DNA from: an uncultured Gammaproteobacteria bacterium
GTDB lineage: Bacteria > Pseudomonadota > Gammaproteobacteria > JACCXJ01
DNA length: 64,000 nucleotides
NCBI GenBank assembly: GCA_963764725.1
Contig: CAVXTM010000015.1
Span: 313,209 to 377,208, forward strand
Reading direction: 5' to 3'
A program made the translations under genes and the position numbers. Shown one piece after another: positions 11,377 through 21,683 of this stretch; the first letter of the stretch is position 1; every line of letters starts with the position of its first letter. The notes beneath the pieces are model-generated. The model had not been told where the DNA came from and did not search any database. It saw only the letters and a list, made by a program, of their open reading frames with translations.

Positions 11377-14300
11377 GTGAAGAAGAACAAACGCTTTCTT
11401 AGTCCAACTATTGAGTCTTCCACGATAGTTGAACTCCTTCGCTGGAGAGCGCTTTTACAGCCCGAACAGCGAGCCTATACTTTTCTCGTTGATGGGAAGG
11501 TAGAAGGACCAAACCTGACTTATGCAGAACTCGATTGTAAAGCCCGAAGCATTGGTGCCTTGCTCCAACAGCATAGAGCGCCAGGGGAGCGGGCTCTGCT
11601 GCTCTACCCCCAAGGTGTGGAGGTCATAGCTGCTTTTTGCGGTTGCCTTTACGGTGGGGCGATCGCCATCCCTGTGCCTCCACCCGAAGCGAGTAGAGTA
11701 AAGCGAACCCTGCCTAGACTTCAGGCGATCATCAAGGATGCCCAAGCCTCGTTTGTCCTGACTACGTCCACAATTCTATCCCTAGTTGAGGAATTTCGAG
11801 AGCAGATTCCTGAATTCCAGGCTATGCGCTGGATAGACACCGAGCAGGTTGGTCTGGAACTGGCGGAGGAATGGCAAGATCCAGCAGTTAGCAGCGATAT
11901 GCTGGCTTACCTCCAATACACCTCAGGTTCCACCGCTACCCCCAAGGGTGTGATGATCAGCCATGGAAACGTAATGTTCCACTCTGCGTACCTTAAAAAG
12001 GCATGCGGGTACACACCCGATAGCATAACTGTGACGTGGATGCCTTACTTCCATGATTATGGACTGGTTGAAGGACTGATCCAACCTCTATACAACGGTA
12101 CCCCGTGCTTTGCGATGTCGCCCCTTGCATTTATCAAGCGACCGATTCATTGGCTCCAGGCAATTTCCCGATATAAGGGAACCCATAGCCAAGCCCCGAA
12201 CTTTGCCTACGAGCACTGCGTTCGCAAGATCTCACCAGAACAACGCTCTACCTTAGACCTTAGCTGTTGGCGTGCAGCAGGCAACGCCGCAGAGCCAATC
12301 AACCCGAAGGTAATGGAGAGTTTCTTCGCAGCCTTTGAACCGTGTGGTTTCCGCTGGAACGCCTTTTGTCCTGCTTATGGACTTGCCGAGGACACTCTGT
12401 TAGTTTCTTCGAGTCAGCAAACTGCGGCGCCCGTTTTGTGCAAGCTCGATGCGGCAGCGCTGGAAAAAAATCGGATTGTTGACGCCAACAAACACGACAG
12501 CGTTGCGCGGACGGTAGTGGGATGTGGTCGCCTGGTTTGCGATACAAAGGTAGCTATCGTTGATCCAGAAACGTTGATCCAATGTGCGCCCGATGAAGTC
12601 GGTGAGATTTGGGTGTCAGATCCTAGTGTCGCTCAAGGCTATTGGAATCGACTCGAAGAGACAGAATGCACCTTTCGGGCACACTTGGCAGACACAGGCG
12701 AAGGTCCCTTTCTCCGCACCGGCGATCTGGGATTCATGAAAGATGGTGAGCTATTTATCACTGGTCGCATCAAAGATTTGATCATTATTAGAGGCACTAA
12801 TCATTATCCTCAAGACATTGAGTGGACAGTGCAGCGGAGTCACCCAGCACTAAGACATGAACATGGAGCAGCGTTTTCGGTTGTAGATGGCGAGGAGCGA
12901 CTGGTAGTTGCTCAGGAAATCGAGCGTCGTTACCCGAATTTGAACTTCGATGAGGTATTTGAGACAGTTTGCCAGACGGTGGCGGACCATCACGAGTTGG
13001 CAGTTTATGCCATATTGCTGCTTAAAACTGGCAGCATTCTTAAGACTTCCAGTGGGAAGATCCAGCGCAAGGCTTGCCGGGCCAGCTTTCTGGATGGAAG
13101 CTTAGATGTTATAGGGACTTGGACTGCAAACAAGGTTACAAAACCAGGAGGGGGTACTGTGCCAATGCCACCTGCACCAGACATTCGCACCCATGGTGCT
13201 ACAGATATCTTAACCGATTCATCTGTCAGGATTACGGATGTCACCGCAGAACAGGGCATAAGCAGAGAGCGTGCTGACGCTATCATTGACTGGCTTCGCA
13301 CTTATGCAAATGAGCGGCTCAACTCCGGACTGATTGATAAGCGCCGTTGTATACCCCCCTACGTGGTACTCGACTTTGGAAATCGCGGCATACTCGGGAT
13401 GCAAATCCCTGAAAAATACGGAGGGACTGCCCTAAGAAACCTCGATGCTATGCGCGTTGTCGAACAGCTCGCAGCCATAGATCTGACACTTGCTACATTC
13501 GTTGTCAACAATGATTTTCTTGGGATTCGCCCGATCCAGCGCTATGCTACCGAAACCGCACGCGATGAGCTTCTCCCTATCCTTGCCAAAGGTCGCGAGC
13601 TTGCGGCATTCGCACTGACAGAGCCAGACGCTGGTTCAAATCCCCAAGCGATCTCAGCAACAGGAGTCGCGGACGCTACAGGTGGCTGGCGATTACACGG
13701 TACTAAGGTTTGGAGTGGCTCTGCTGCATGGGCAGGTGTGATCAATGTCTTTGTCAAACTCGTTGATGCCAACAACAAATCAAGCGGCATCGCCGGTTTT
13801 GCTGTGCGTCAGGGAACAGCTGGCTTGCGTCCGGGACCTGAATCGCTGACGATGGGGATGCGTGGCATGGTGCAAAACTTCATCCACCTCAACGACGTTC
13901 GAGTAGGTTCGGTCCATGTGCTAGGCGAACCCAGAGCTGGGATGGAAGCTGCCCAAGATGCGATGCTGTATACCCGTCTGGCCATTGGAGCAATGTGTGT
14001 CGGCGGGATGAAGCGCTGCGCGCAGTTGATGCTCCGCTATGCAACGCGTCGTGACATCGGTACAGGACGTCTGCTGGACAACCCAGTCACACTGACACGC
14101 TTGAGTGACCTCACAGCAGCGATCGCGGCATTTGAAACGCTTGTTGCTCGGATTGCCGAGTTACTTGACGATGGCTATTTGGTTCCGGCGGAGGCGTATG
14201 TCGCCTGCAAGACAGCCGGTCCGGAATTGCTTTGGAAGGCTGCTGACAATCTCGTTCAGCTTTTGGGAGGTCGCGGGTATATAGAGACGAATATTGCTGC

Positions 14301-14856
14301 CCAAATCCTGCGCGATGCTAGAGTATTTCGGATTTTTGAAGGTCCCACCGAGACCTTAAATATGTTCCTTGGCTCACGCCTGCTCCACCGAAGCGCCGAA
14401 CTGCATCAGTTCCTGTGCAATGGTCTCGGCGCTCCTGCCGTCTCAGACAGTTTGAGAGATGCTGCGGAACGAATTCAGGCACGGTGGTGGTCAGAGCCAA
14501 CTGCTCCTTCCTCAGACGGTCCTTCTGCCCTACGTTGGGCTTCCATGCTCATCGGTGAAGTTGCTACATCCGCAATTCTGCTAGCAGCAGTGCAGGGAGG
14601 GGTTAAGCGCACGCCATCAAACCAGCTGCGTCGTGCTGTTGAATGGGCACGATGCCAGTTCGACCAGACCCTTGAGCGAGCCCTTACTGGCACACCCGTT
14701 GAACCTGTGCTGCTTAACGCCAATGAAGCTACGGCTCTTATATCCAGCTATGCTGAAACAATCGGAGATCTCGAACAAACCCTCGCGGGTGAAGATCGTG
14801 CATTAGACGAGCTACTACGGCGCGAAGAAACAACGCGTGAAGGAAGAGGAACATGA
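11377..14856 (+). CDS. Fatty acyl-AMP ligase fused to acyl-CoA/ACP dehydrogenase (FAAL-ACAD)
   Basis: AYLQYTSGSTATPKGV, YGLAE, FLRTGDLGF, KTSSGKIQR; C-terminal AFALTEPDAGS, G.KVWSG, QLLGGRGY, RIFEGPTE. Confidence 0.93.
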   Translation: MKKNKRFLSPTIESSTIVELLRWRALLQPEQRAYTFLVDGKVEGPNLTYAELDCKARSIGALLQQHRAPGERALLLYPQGVEVIAAFCGCLYGGAIAIPVPPPEASRVKRTLPRLQAIIKDAQASFVLTTSTILSLVEEFREQIPEFQAMRWIDTEQVGLELAEEWQDPAVSSDMLAYLQYTSGSTATPKGVMISHGNVMFHSAYLKKACGYTPDSITVTWMPYFHDYGLVEGLIQPLYNGTPCFAMSPLAFIKRPIHWLQAISRYKGTHSQAPNFAYEHCVRKISPEQRSTLDLSCWRAAGNAAEPINPKVMESFFAAFEPCGFRWNAFCPAYGLAEDTLLVSSSQQTAAPVLCKLDAAALEKNRIVDANKHDSVARTVVGCGRLVCDTKVAIVDPETLIQCAPDEVGEIWVSDPSVAQGYWNRLEETECTFRAHLADTGEGPFLRTGDLGFMKDGELFITGRIKDLIIIRGTNHYPQDIEWTVQRSHPALRHEHGAAFSVVDGEERLVVAQEIERRYPNLNFDEVFETVCQTVADHHELAVYAILLLKTGSILKTSSGKIQRKACRASFLDGSLDVIGTWTANKVTKPGGGTVPMPPAPDIRTHGATDILTDSSVRITDVTAEQGISRERADAIIDWLRTYANERLNSGLIDKRRCIPPYVVLDFGNRGILGMQIPEKYGGTALRNLDAMRVVEQLAAIDLTLATFVVNNDFLGIRPIQRYATETARDELLPILAKGRELAAFALTEPDAGSNPQAISATGVADATGGWRLHGTKVWSGSAAWAGVINVFVKLVDANNKSSGIAGFAVRQGTAGLRPGPESLTMGMRGMVQNFIHLNDVRVGSVHVLGEPRAGMEAAQDAMLYTRLAIGAMCVGGMKRCAQLMLRYATRRDIGTGRLLDNPVTLTRLSDLTAAIAAFETLVARIAELLDDGYLVPAEAYVACKTAGPELLWKAADNLVQLLGGRGYIETNIAAQILRDARVFRIFEGPTETLNMFLGSRLLHRSAELHQFLCNGLGAPAVSDSLRDAAERIQARWWSEPTAPSSDGPSALRWASMLIGEVATSAILLAAVQGGVKRTPSNQLRRAVEWARCQFDQTLERALTGTPVEPVLLNANEATALISSYAETIGDLEQTLAGEDRALDELLRREETTREGRGT

Positions 14857-15323
14857 GAGAACCAAGAGACAAGGAGGCAAGGGGACAAGGGGAATCTTCA
14901 TCAATCCTCTCCCCATCCTCCCATCCTCCCTTTTCTAGCCATACCGTCGAGTCCATTGAAACCTGGCTAGCAAGATGGGTTTCTGATGAACTAAAAATAG
15001 TGCTCACTTCGATTGACACGCGCAAGTCCTTTTTCTTTTACGGTCTCGATTCAGTGACGGCTATCGGGCTTTCATCTGACCTCGAGGTTTGGCTTGGACG
15101 CCAGCTTTCTCCCGCTCTGGCGTGGAATTATCCTACCATCGAGACCCTTGCCCAGCATTTAGCTCAGGAAAGCGATGTTAGGGAGGACGAGTATAAAGAT
15201 AGCCAGGCCAATGTAATCGACAAAATCAACCAGGGAAAGGCGGAACAATCATTGGCTAACCTCTCCGATGAAGAAGTGGATTCCTTGCTAAGTCAGATGT
15301 TAGCGGAGGAAGGTGATTCATGA
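14853..15323 (+). CDS. Acyl carrier protein with C-terminal docking-like helix
   Basis: FFFYGLDSV phosphopantetheine site, WNYPTIETLA, LSDEEVDSLL tail. Confidence 0.9.
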   Translation: MREPRDKEARGQGESSSILSPSSHPPFSSHTVESIETWLARWVSDELKIVLTSIDTRKSFFFYGLDSVTAIGLSSDLEVWLGRQLSPALAWNYPTIETLAQHLAQESDVREDEYKDSQANVIDKINQGKAEQSLANLSDEEVDSLLSQMLAEEGDS

Positions 15324-15411
15324 GTGACATCTCTAAACGTACCGCTGATCTTTCGCCGGAGGAAAAGCGCGCACTTCTAGCGCAACTGCTGCAGAAAAAG
15401 GCTAGCCAGTC
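15293..15411 (+). repeat. Gene-junction repeat copy 1 (C-terminal tail, RBS and N-terminal docking helix); copy 2 at 16609-16730
   Basis: TCAGATGTTAGC..GGAGGAAG..TCATGAGTG..CCGGAGGAAAAGCG..CTTCTAGCGCA..CTGCAGAAAAAGGCTAGCCAGTC occurs at both junctions. Confidence 0.85.
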
Positions 15412-16642
15412 GAGCGAGGCCCTTGCGGAGAATGTAGCCAAGGAGAGCGATAGTTCTTCGCTGCCAGCGACGCCAGCTCAGGCAAGACTTGAGCGGGAAA
15501 GAACTGTCGCACCAGTTGATGGGCCACAAGCAAAGGGTCCGGACGGCAAACAGCCTCTCCCCACGCCGGTTAAAGGCATGCAATTCAGCCTGCTTTACTT
15601 CTCCAGCAACGAGTCTAAGTTTATAGATAACAAGTATCAACTGTTGCTGGAAGGAGCAAAGTTCGCCGATCAACATGGCTTTACTGCCGTTTGGACACCA
15701 GAACGTCATTTTCATGCCTTTGGTGGCATCTACCCCAATCCGTCCGTCTTATGCGCCGCGCTCGCCATGGTGACCGAGCGAATCCGCTTACGAGCTGGCA
15801 GTGTTGTCATGCCTCTACAGAATCCAATTCGAGTTGCTGAAGAATGGTCTGTGGTAGATAACTTGTCACAAGGCAGAGTAGACATTGCCTTTGCTAGAGG
15901 TTGGAATGTGCAGGACTTTGTCCTTTGGCCGCAGCACTACGCCAACAGTAGAGAAGTCCTGTTTTCAGGGGTTAAAACCGTGCAAAAGCTTTGGCGGGGT
16001 GAGGCAATCTTAGTACCCGATGGCGTTGGGAAAGAGACCGAGATCAAAATTTACCCCTTGCCCAAGCAGCCCGAATTGCCTATTTGGATCACCAGTAGCG
16101 GTAGTAAAGAAACGTTTATTGAGGCGGGTGCCTTTGGATACCACGTCTTGACTGCCCTTCTTTTCCAAGAGATTGAAGAATTGACCGAAAAATTAGCCCT
16201 CTATCGCGACTCCAGGGCGAAACATGGGTACGACCCCCAAACTGGTCATGTCACTCTAATGCTGCATACATTTGTCGGCGAAGACATAGATGTTGTTCGC
16301 GACAAGGTGCGAGGGCCGTTTACAGAATATCTCAAAACTTCTGTTGACTTGTGGCGTCGTGGCTCTAAGAGTGTTGGCGAGTTGAGCGAAAGAGAGCGGG
16401 AAAAACTTGTGGCTTACGCATTTGAGCGTTACTCTCGTACTAACGCCTTATTTGGGACACCAAGCACATGCTTAGAAATGGTCAATCGACTAAAGGAAAT
16501 TGGTGTCGATGAAATTGCTTGTTTAATCGACTTTGGAGTCGACGTAGATTCGGTTCTGGCAAGTCTTTACTCCCTAAATATGCTTAGAGAGCGGTTTAAT
16601 AGGGAGTTTCAGATGTTAGCAGCGGAGGAAGTTAACTCATGA
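15320..16642 (+). CDS. Luciferase-like (LLM) flavin monooxygenase, natural-product biosynthesis type, with N-terminal docking motif
   Basis: FSLLYFSS, WTPERHFHAFGGIYPNP, RVAEEWSVVDNLSQGRV, GVDEIACLIDFG. Confidence 0.92.
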   Translation: MSDISKRTADLSPEEKRALLAQLLQKKASQSSEALAENVAKESDSSSLPATPAQARLERERTVAPVDGPQAKGPDGKQPLPTPVKGMQFSLLYFSSNESKFIDNKYQLLLEGAKFADQHGFTAVWTPERHFHAFGGIYPNPSVLCAALAMVTERIRLRAGSVVMPLQNPIRVAEEWSVVDNLSQGRVDIAFARGWNVQDFVLWPQHYANSREVLFSGVKTVQKLWRGEAILVPDGVGKETEIKIYPLPKQPELPIWITSSGSKETFIEAGAFGYHVLTALLFQEIEELTEKLALYRDSRAKHGYDPQTGHVTLMLHTFVGEDIDVVRDKVRGPFTEYLKTSVDLWRRGSKSVGELSEREREKLVAYAFERYSRTNALFGTPSTCLEMVNRLKEIGVDEIACLIDFGVDVDSVLASLYSLNMLRERFNREFQMLAAEEVNS

Positions 16643-16730
16643 GTGCTGTCTCCAAACTTACAACTGAGCTGTCACCGGAGGAAAAGCGTGCGCTTCTAGC
16701 GCAGCTACTGCAGAAAAAGGCTAGCCAGTC
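16609..16730 (+). repeat. Gene-junction repeat copy 2
   Basis: See copy 1; encodes the same [21 protein letters not shown]. Confidence 0.85.
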
Positions 16731-19700
16731 CAAATCTTTGCTTCCTCTCTCCCTCGGTCAGCAGGCACTGTGGTTTTTGTACACGCTCGCACCCCAAAGC
16801 TGGGCTTACAATGTGTTGTTTGCAGCCCGAATTCGCTCACATGTAGACGTTCCGGCCTTGCGACGCGCGTTTGGGGCGCTGATTGATCGCCATCCTTCCC
16901 TCAGAACCACTTATACTTTGCGCGACGGTAGACCGGTGCAGCAAGTCCACGAGCACACTCAAGTCCACTTTGAGGAGACAGACGCTTCAGCTTGGAGCCA
17001 GACAGCGTTGAATAACCGCCTGGTTGAGGAAGCACGCCGTCCCTTCAATTTGGAACGGGGACCCTTGCTGCGGGTGAACTTGTTCACTCAATCAGCCAAA
17101 GAACACATCCTTTTGCTGACGATGCACCACATTGCAGTCGATCTCTGGTCCCTTACCGTGTTGTTGGACGAGCTCCGCGTGCTGTACCCTGCCCAAAGAG
17201 CTGGCACACAGGCACCTCTACCTCCTCTCGCCTGGCAATACACGGACTTCGTTCGTTGGCAGACCGAAATGCTAGCAAGCGCAGAAGGAGAACGGCTTTG
17301 GACCTATTGGCAGAAACAGCTTGCTGGTGAATTGCCTGTGCTGAATCTGCCTACTGATCGGCCTCGACCGCCGATTCAGACGTATCGCGGTGCCTCGCAC
17401 GCCTTCAAGCTGAGCGAGGAATTGACGCGGCAGATCAAGGCGCTGACGAAGACCGAGGAAGTAACTCTTTATATAACGCTCCTGGCGGCCTTCGAGGTGT
17501 TGCTTTATCGCTATACCGGTCAAGAAGACATTCTGGTAGGCTCTCCCGCTACTGGTCGGAGTCGGCGTGAATTTTCAGGGATAGTGGGTGACTTCATCAA
17601 CCCAGTTGTCTTGCGAGCGGATCTTTCCGGCAATCCCACATTCAAGACGTTTCTCACTCAGGTGCGCTATACGGTGCTAAATGCTCTCAATCATCAGGAC
17701 TACCCTTTCCCACTCATAATCGAGCGACTCCGTCTAACTCCAGATCCCAGTCGTTCGCCGCTCTTCGGGGTCATGCTCATCTTACGGAAGCTACACCGAT
17801 TCGAGGAACTATCAGATTTCATCGAGCCGAACCAAATCCAGGCCAAGATGGATTTTGGGGGGCTTGAGATAGAACCTTTTGATCAGGCACAGCAGGAGGG
17901 TCAGTTTGATCTGACCTTAGCGATGATCGAGACCGGCGGCTCACTTTTTGGCGTTTTGAAGTACAACCCAGACTTGTTTGAGGCTGCAACTATCGCCCGG
18001 ATGACCGGACATTTTCAGACCTTGCTCGAAGGCGTCGTCACCAACCCAGACCAGCCGATTTCACGCTTGCCACTTTTGAGAGCAGCAGACCGGCATCAGT
18101 TACTCGTGGAGTGGAACGACACCCAGGTAGATTACCCCAAGGATGCGCGCATCCATCGGCTATTTGAGGCACAGGTAGAGCGAACACCTGAGGCTATTGC
18201 CGTCGTCTTTGAAGACCAGCAGCTAAGCTATCGAGACCTGAATCGCCGCGCAAATCAACTCGCGCATCACTTGATCGGCCGGGGCGTCGGCCCCGACATT
18301 CTGGTTGGCATCTTTGTCGAGCGCTCGCTTGACATGATCGTCGGTCTATTAGGCATTTTGAAGGCGGGGGGCGCCTATGTGCCGCTCGATCCGGACTACC
18401 CCATTGAGCGGCTCGGCTTCATGGTGAGAGATGCGGCGCTCTCGGTGGTGGTGACTCGGCAAAGGCTCGAGTCTACCCGCGAATGGCGCAAAACTCGTCC
18501 GACTGGACAGCGATCGAAGCGCGATCGACGCGCAACCCGATCACAACCCTGTCGATCGGGCTGATGCCGACTCGCTCGCCTATGTAATCTACACCTCGGG
18601 CTCGAACGGGTCAACCGAAGGGCGTGATGATTGAGCATCGCTCCGTGGCCAACTATCTTGCCGCGGCAAGCCAACTGTACGGGGTGCAAGCGAGTGACCG
18701 TGTTCTACAGTTCGCATCGATCAGTTTCGATGTCAGCGTCAGGGAAATCTTCGGCAGCTTGACCAGTGGCGCTGCGCTCATCTTGTGCGCCGATCGGCGA
18801 CAGGACAGCGCGCAGTTCTTTTCCGATTGCCAGGACCGGCCATTACGATGGTTAGCCTGCCCACGGCATACTGGCACAGACTTGCCAGCGCTTTGGACGA
18901 GGAAGGTTGGCGGATTCCGCCATCGTTGCGCCTGGTCAGCGCCGGTGGGGCGAAAATGTTGGCTGATCGCCTGGCGATTTGGCGCCGTGCCGCTCCGCAA
19001 CTGTCGCCTTATCAATAGCTACGGCCCCACTGAAACCACGGTATCTGCCGCAGCGTCGGAATCCCGGGCAAGCAGAAGCGCTCGTGGATGTCCCGATTGG
19101 CCGCCCGATCGCCAACACGCAAACCTACATCCTCGACGCTCACTTGAACCCGGTGCCGACAGGGGTTCCCGGCGAGCTGCACATCGGCGGCAGTGGTTTG
19201 GCGCGCGGATACCTGGGTCGTGCCTGACTTAACCGCTGAGAAGTTCATCGGCAATCCGTTCAGCGACGATCCAAAAGAACGGCTGTATAAGACCGGCGAT
19301 CTCGCGCGCTATCTCTCTGATGGCAATATCGCGTTTTTGGGACGCGTCGATCATCAAGTCAAGATCAGGGGTTTTCGCATCGAGCCGGGCGAGATCGAAG
19401 CGGTGTTAATTCACCATTCCAGCGTGTGTGAAGCGGTCGTGATCGCGCGAGAAGATATCCCTGGCGACAAGCGCCTGGTCGCCTACGTCATCGCTTCAAC
19501 GGACGACGACGCGAGCCTGATCACGTCGCTGCGCAGTCACCTTAAGTCAACTGCTTCCCGACTACATGCTACCTTCGGCTTTCGTCATCCTCGACAAACT
19601 ACCGGTCACTCCGAATGGAAAGCTCGATCGGAAAGCTTTGCCGGCGCCGGAATATCAATCGCAAGAGGTTTTTGTCGCGCCGCGCACGCCGATCGAGCAA

Positions 19701-20797
19701 CAACTCGCGGCGATCTTCGCGGGGGTATTGAAAGCTCGATCGGGTTGGCATCCACGACAACTTCTTCGATCTCGGCGGGCATTCGTTTCTGGTGTTGCGC
19801 GTGTTGGCCGAAATCGAAAAGACTTGCGGCCGGCGTTTGTCGGTCGCGACGCTGTTCCAGGCACCGACCGTGGAACAGATCGGCCGAATCCTGGCGGCGG
19901 GAGATTCTCTCGATGACTCGGATGTGATCGTGCCGCTCAACCCCCACGGCACGACCCCGCCGCTATTCAGTGTATGGCTGGGCATCGCAACTATGCTGCG
20001 CGAGTTGTGCCGCTGCCTCGGGCCTGATCAGCGTCTGTACGGAATCAGCTCTCACTGGGACCCGAGGCAGATGCGCATGACGCGCATTGAAGAAATGGCC
20101 GCTTTTAATCTGACTCACCTGCGCAAGGTACAGCCGCACGGACCTTATTATTTGAGCAGTGACTGCGTGTCGACGCTGGTCGCGCTGGAAATGGCGCAGC
20201 AGTTGCTCGCCCAAGGCGAAGAGATCGCGGCGCTGGTGTTGATCGATCCCCCACCGCCGAAGACGCCAATGGCACGCGATCGTTCTCGCAACCGTGTCGA
20301 AAGGCATTTACGCAGCCTGGTCAATAAAAATGTCATCGAGCAGCTCGCCTATGTGTGGGCGCGTGTGTGGTACGGGTTGAACGTCCTCTGTCAGGAGAAT
20401 CGCGCTTCCTATTTTCCTGGCGTGCAGACTGCCTTTGTCGCGCGGTCTTTTGTCGCGCTATACTATTGATTCGCATCGGCGCGCGAAAAAGAACTATGTG
20501 CCGAGAGCCTATGCCGGCAAGATCTGGTTTATCTGGGCGGCCGACGATATGGACGAGGTGCGGCGCCGCGAAATTCAAAACGCCTGGTCCCGGCTTGCCG
20601 CGCAAGCAACCCATCGCCTGGTCCCAGGCATGCATGTCGAACTGTTTCAAGATCCTTATGTCGGGCCGCTGGCCGAACAAATGAAGATCTGCCTGGCCGA
20701 GGCGCGAAGGGCGCCGCACACCTCCCCCGGGGCCCAAGACAATGCCACTGGAAGCCTAGCTCACAAACCCAGCATTCAACGAGCGTCCTTGGCGTGA
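16639..20797 (+). CDS. Single-module NRPS (docking-C-A-PCP-TE); several frameshifts after ~18470
   Basis: C domain HHIAVD; A domain [38 protein letters not shown]; [13 protein letters not shown]; [18 protein letters not shown], assembled across frames. Confidence 0.88.
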
Positions 20798-21480
20798 GGC
20801 TTCGCATTGCGGCGGATCGAGTCGACCTCTGGCGCGCGTCGCTTCCCGCTTTGCCCGCTCTGCAAGCCCAGCTCTCGCCCGATGAATTGGACCGCGCGGC
20901 GCGTTTTCATTTCGAGAAAGACAGCAGGCATTTCATCGCGGCTCGCGGCTGGCTGCGAACAGTGCTCGCACGCTACCTCGACACGTCGCCCGCCGATCTC
21001 CGCTTCGATTATGGCGTGCGCGGCAAACCCGTGCTTTCCACAGGCTGTGATCTCCGCTTCAACCTTTCGCACTCCCATGATCTCGTCTTGCTTGCCGTGA
21101 CCAAAAAACGCGAGCTCGGCATCGATGTCGAATTCATCAAAGCATCAATAGGTCCGGAAATCGCCGAGCGTTTCTTTTCTGCCGCCGAAATCGCCGAACT
21201 CCGTGCTCTGCCTCGGGAACAACAGCGCGCGGCATTCTTTGCGGGCTGGACGCGCAAGGAATCCTATATCAAGGCAACCGGGACCGGATTGTTCGCCCCG
21301 CTCGATTGCTTCACCGTTTCGCTCGCACCGAACGAGTCGCGCGTGTCGCTGCGCGTCCACGACGACGAGCGCGAGGCCGCGCGTTGGACCTTATGCAGCT
21401 TGCATCTCGACGAAGGCTACGCCGGGGCGCTAGCCGTCGAAGGCAGCGATTGGCGATTGCGATGCTTCGACTGGTCGTAG
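20794..21480 (+). CDS. Sfp-type 4'-phosphopantetheinyl transferase
   Basis: GKP, FNLSHS, GIDVE, WTRKESYIKA. Confidence 0.93.
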   Translation: MRLRIAADRVDLWRASLPALPALQAQLSPDELDRAARFHFEKDSRHFIAARGWLRTVLARYLDTSPADLRFDYGVRGKPVLSTGCDLRFNLSHSHDLVLLAVTKKRELGIDVEFIKASIGPEIAERFFSAAEIAELRALPREQQRAAFFAGWTRKESYIKATGTGLFAPLDCFTVSLAPNESRVSLRVHDDEREAARWTLCSLHLDEGYAGALAVEGSDWRLRCFDWS

Positions 21481-21683
21481 CTGTCGGCCTATATGATGCC
21501 GACGGTTGTGCTCGATCGACTGCCGCTTACGCCAAACAGTCACCGAATCCGGCCGTAAGGCATTACGCAACCTCCGGTTAAGAGTATAGAACGATCATTC
21601 TCACGTTGAGTCGATTGAAAGAAGGAAAGGATTCGATACCACCGGCTCTACCAGCCTTAATAGCTACGACTGAAGCTGGTGCT

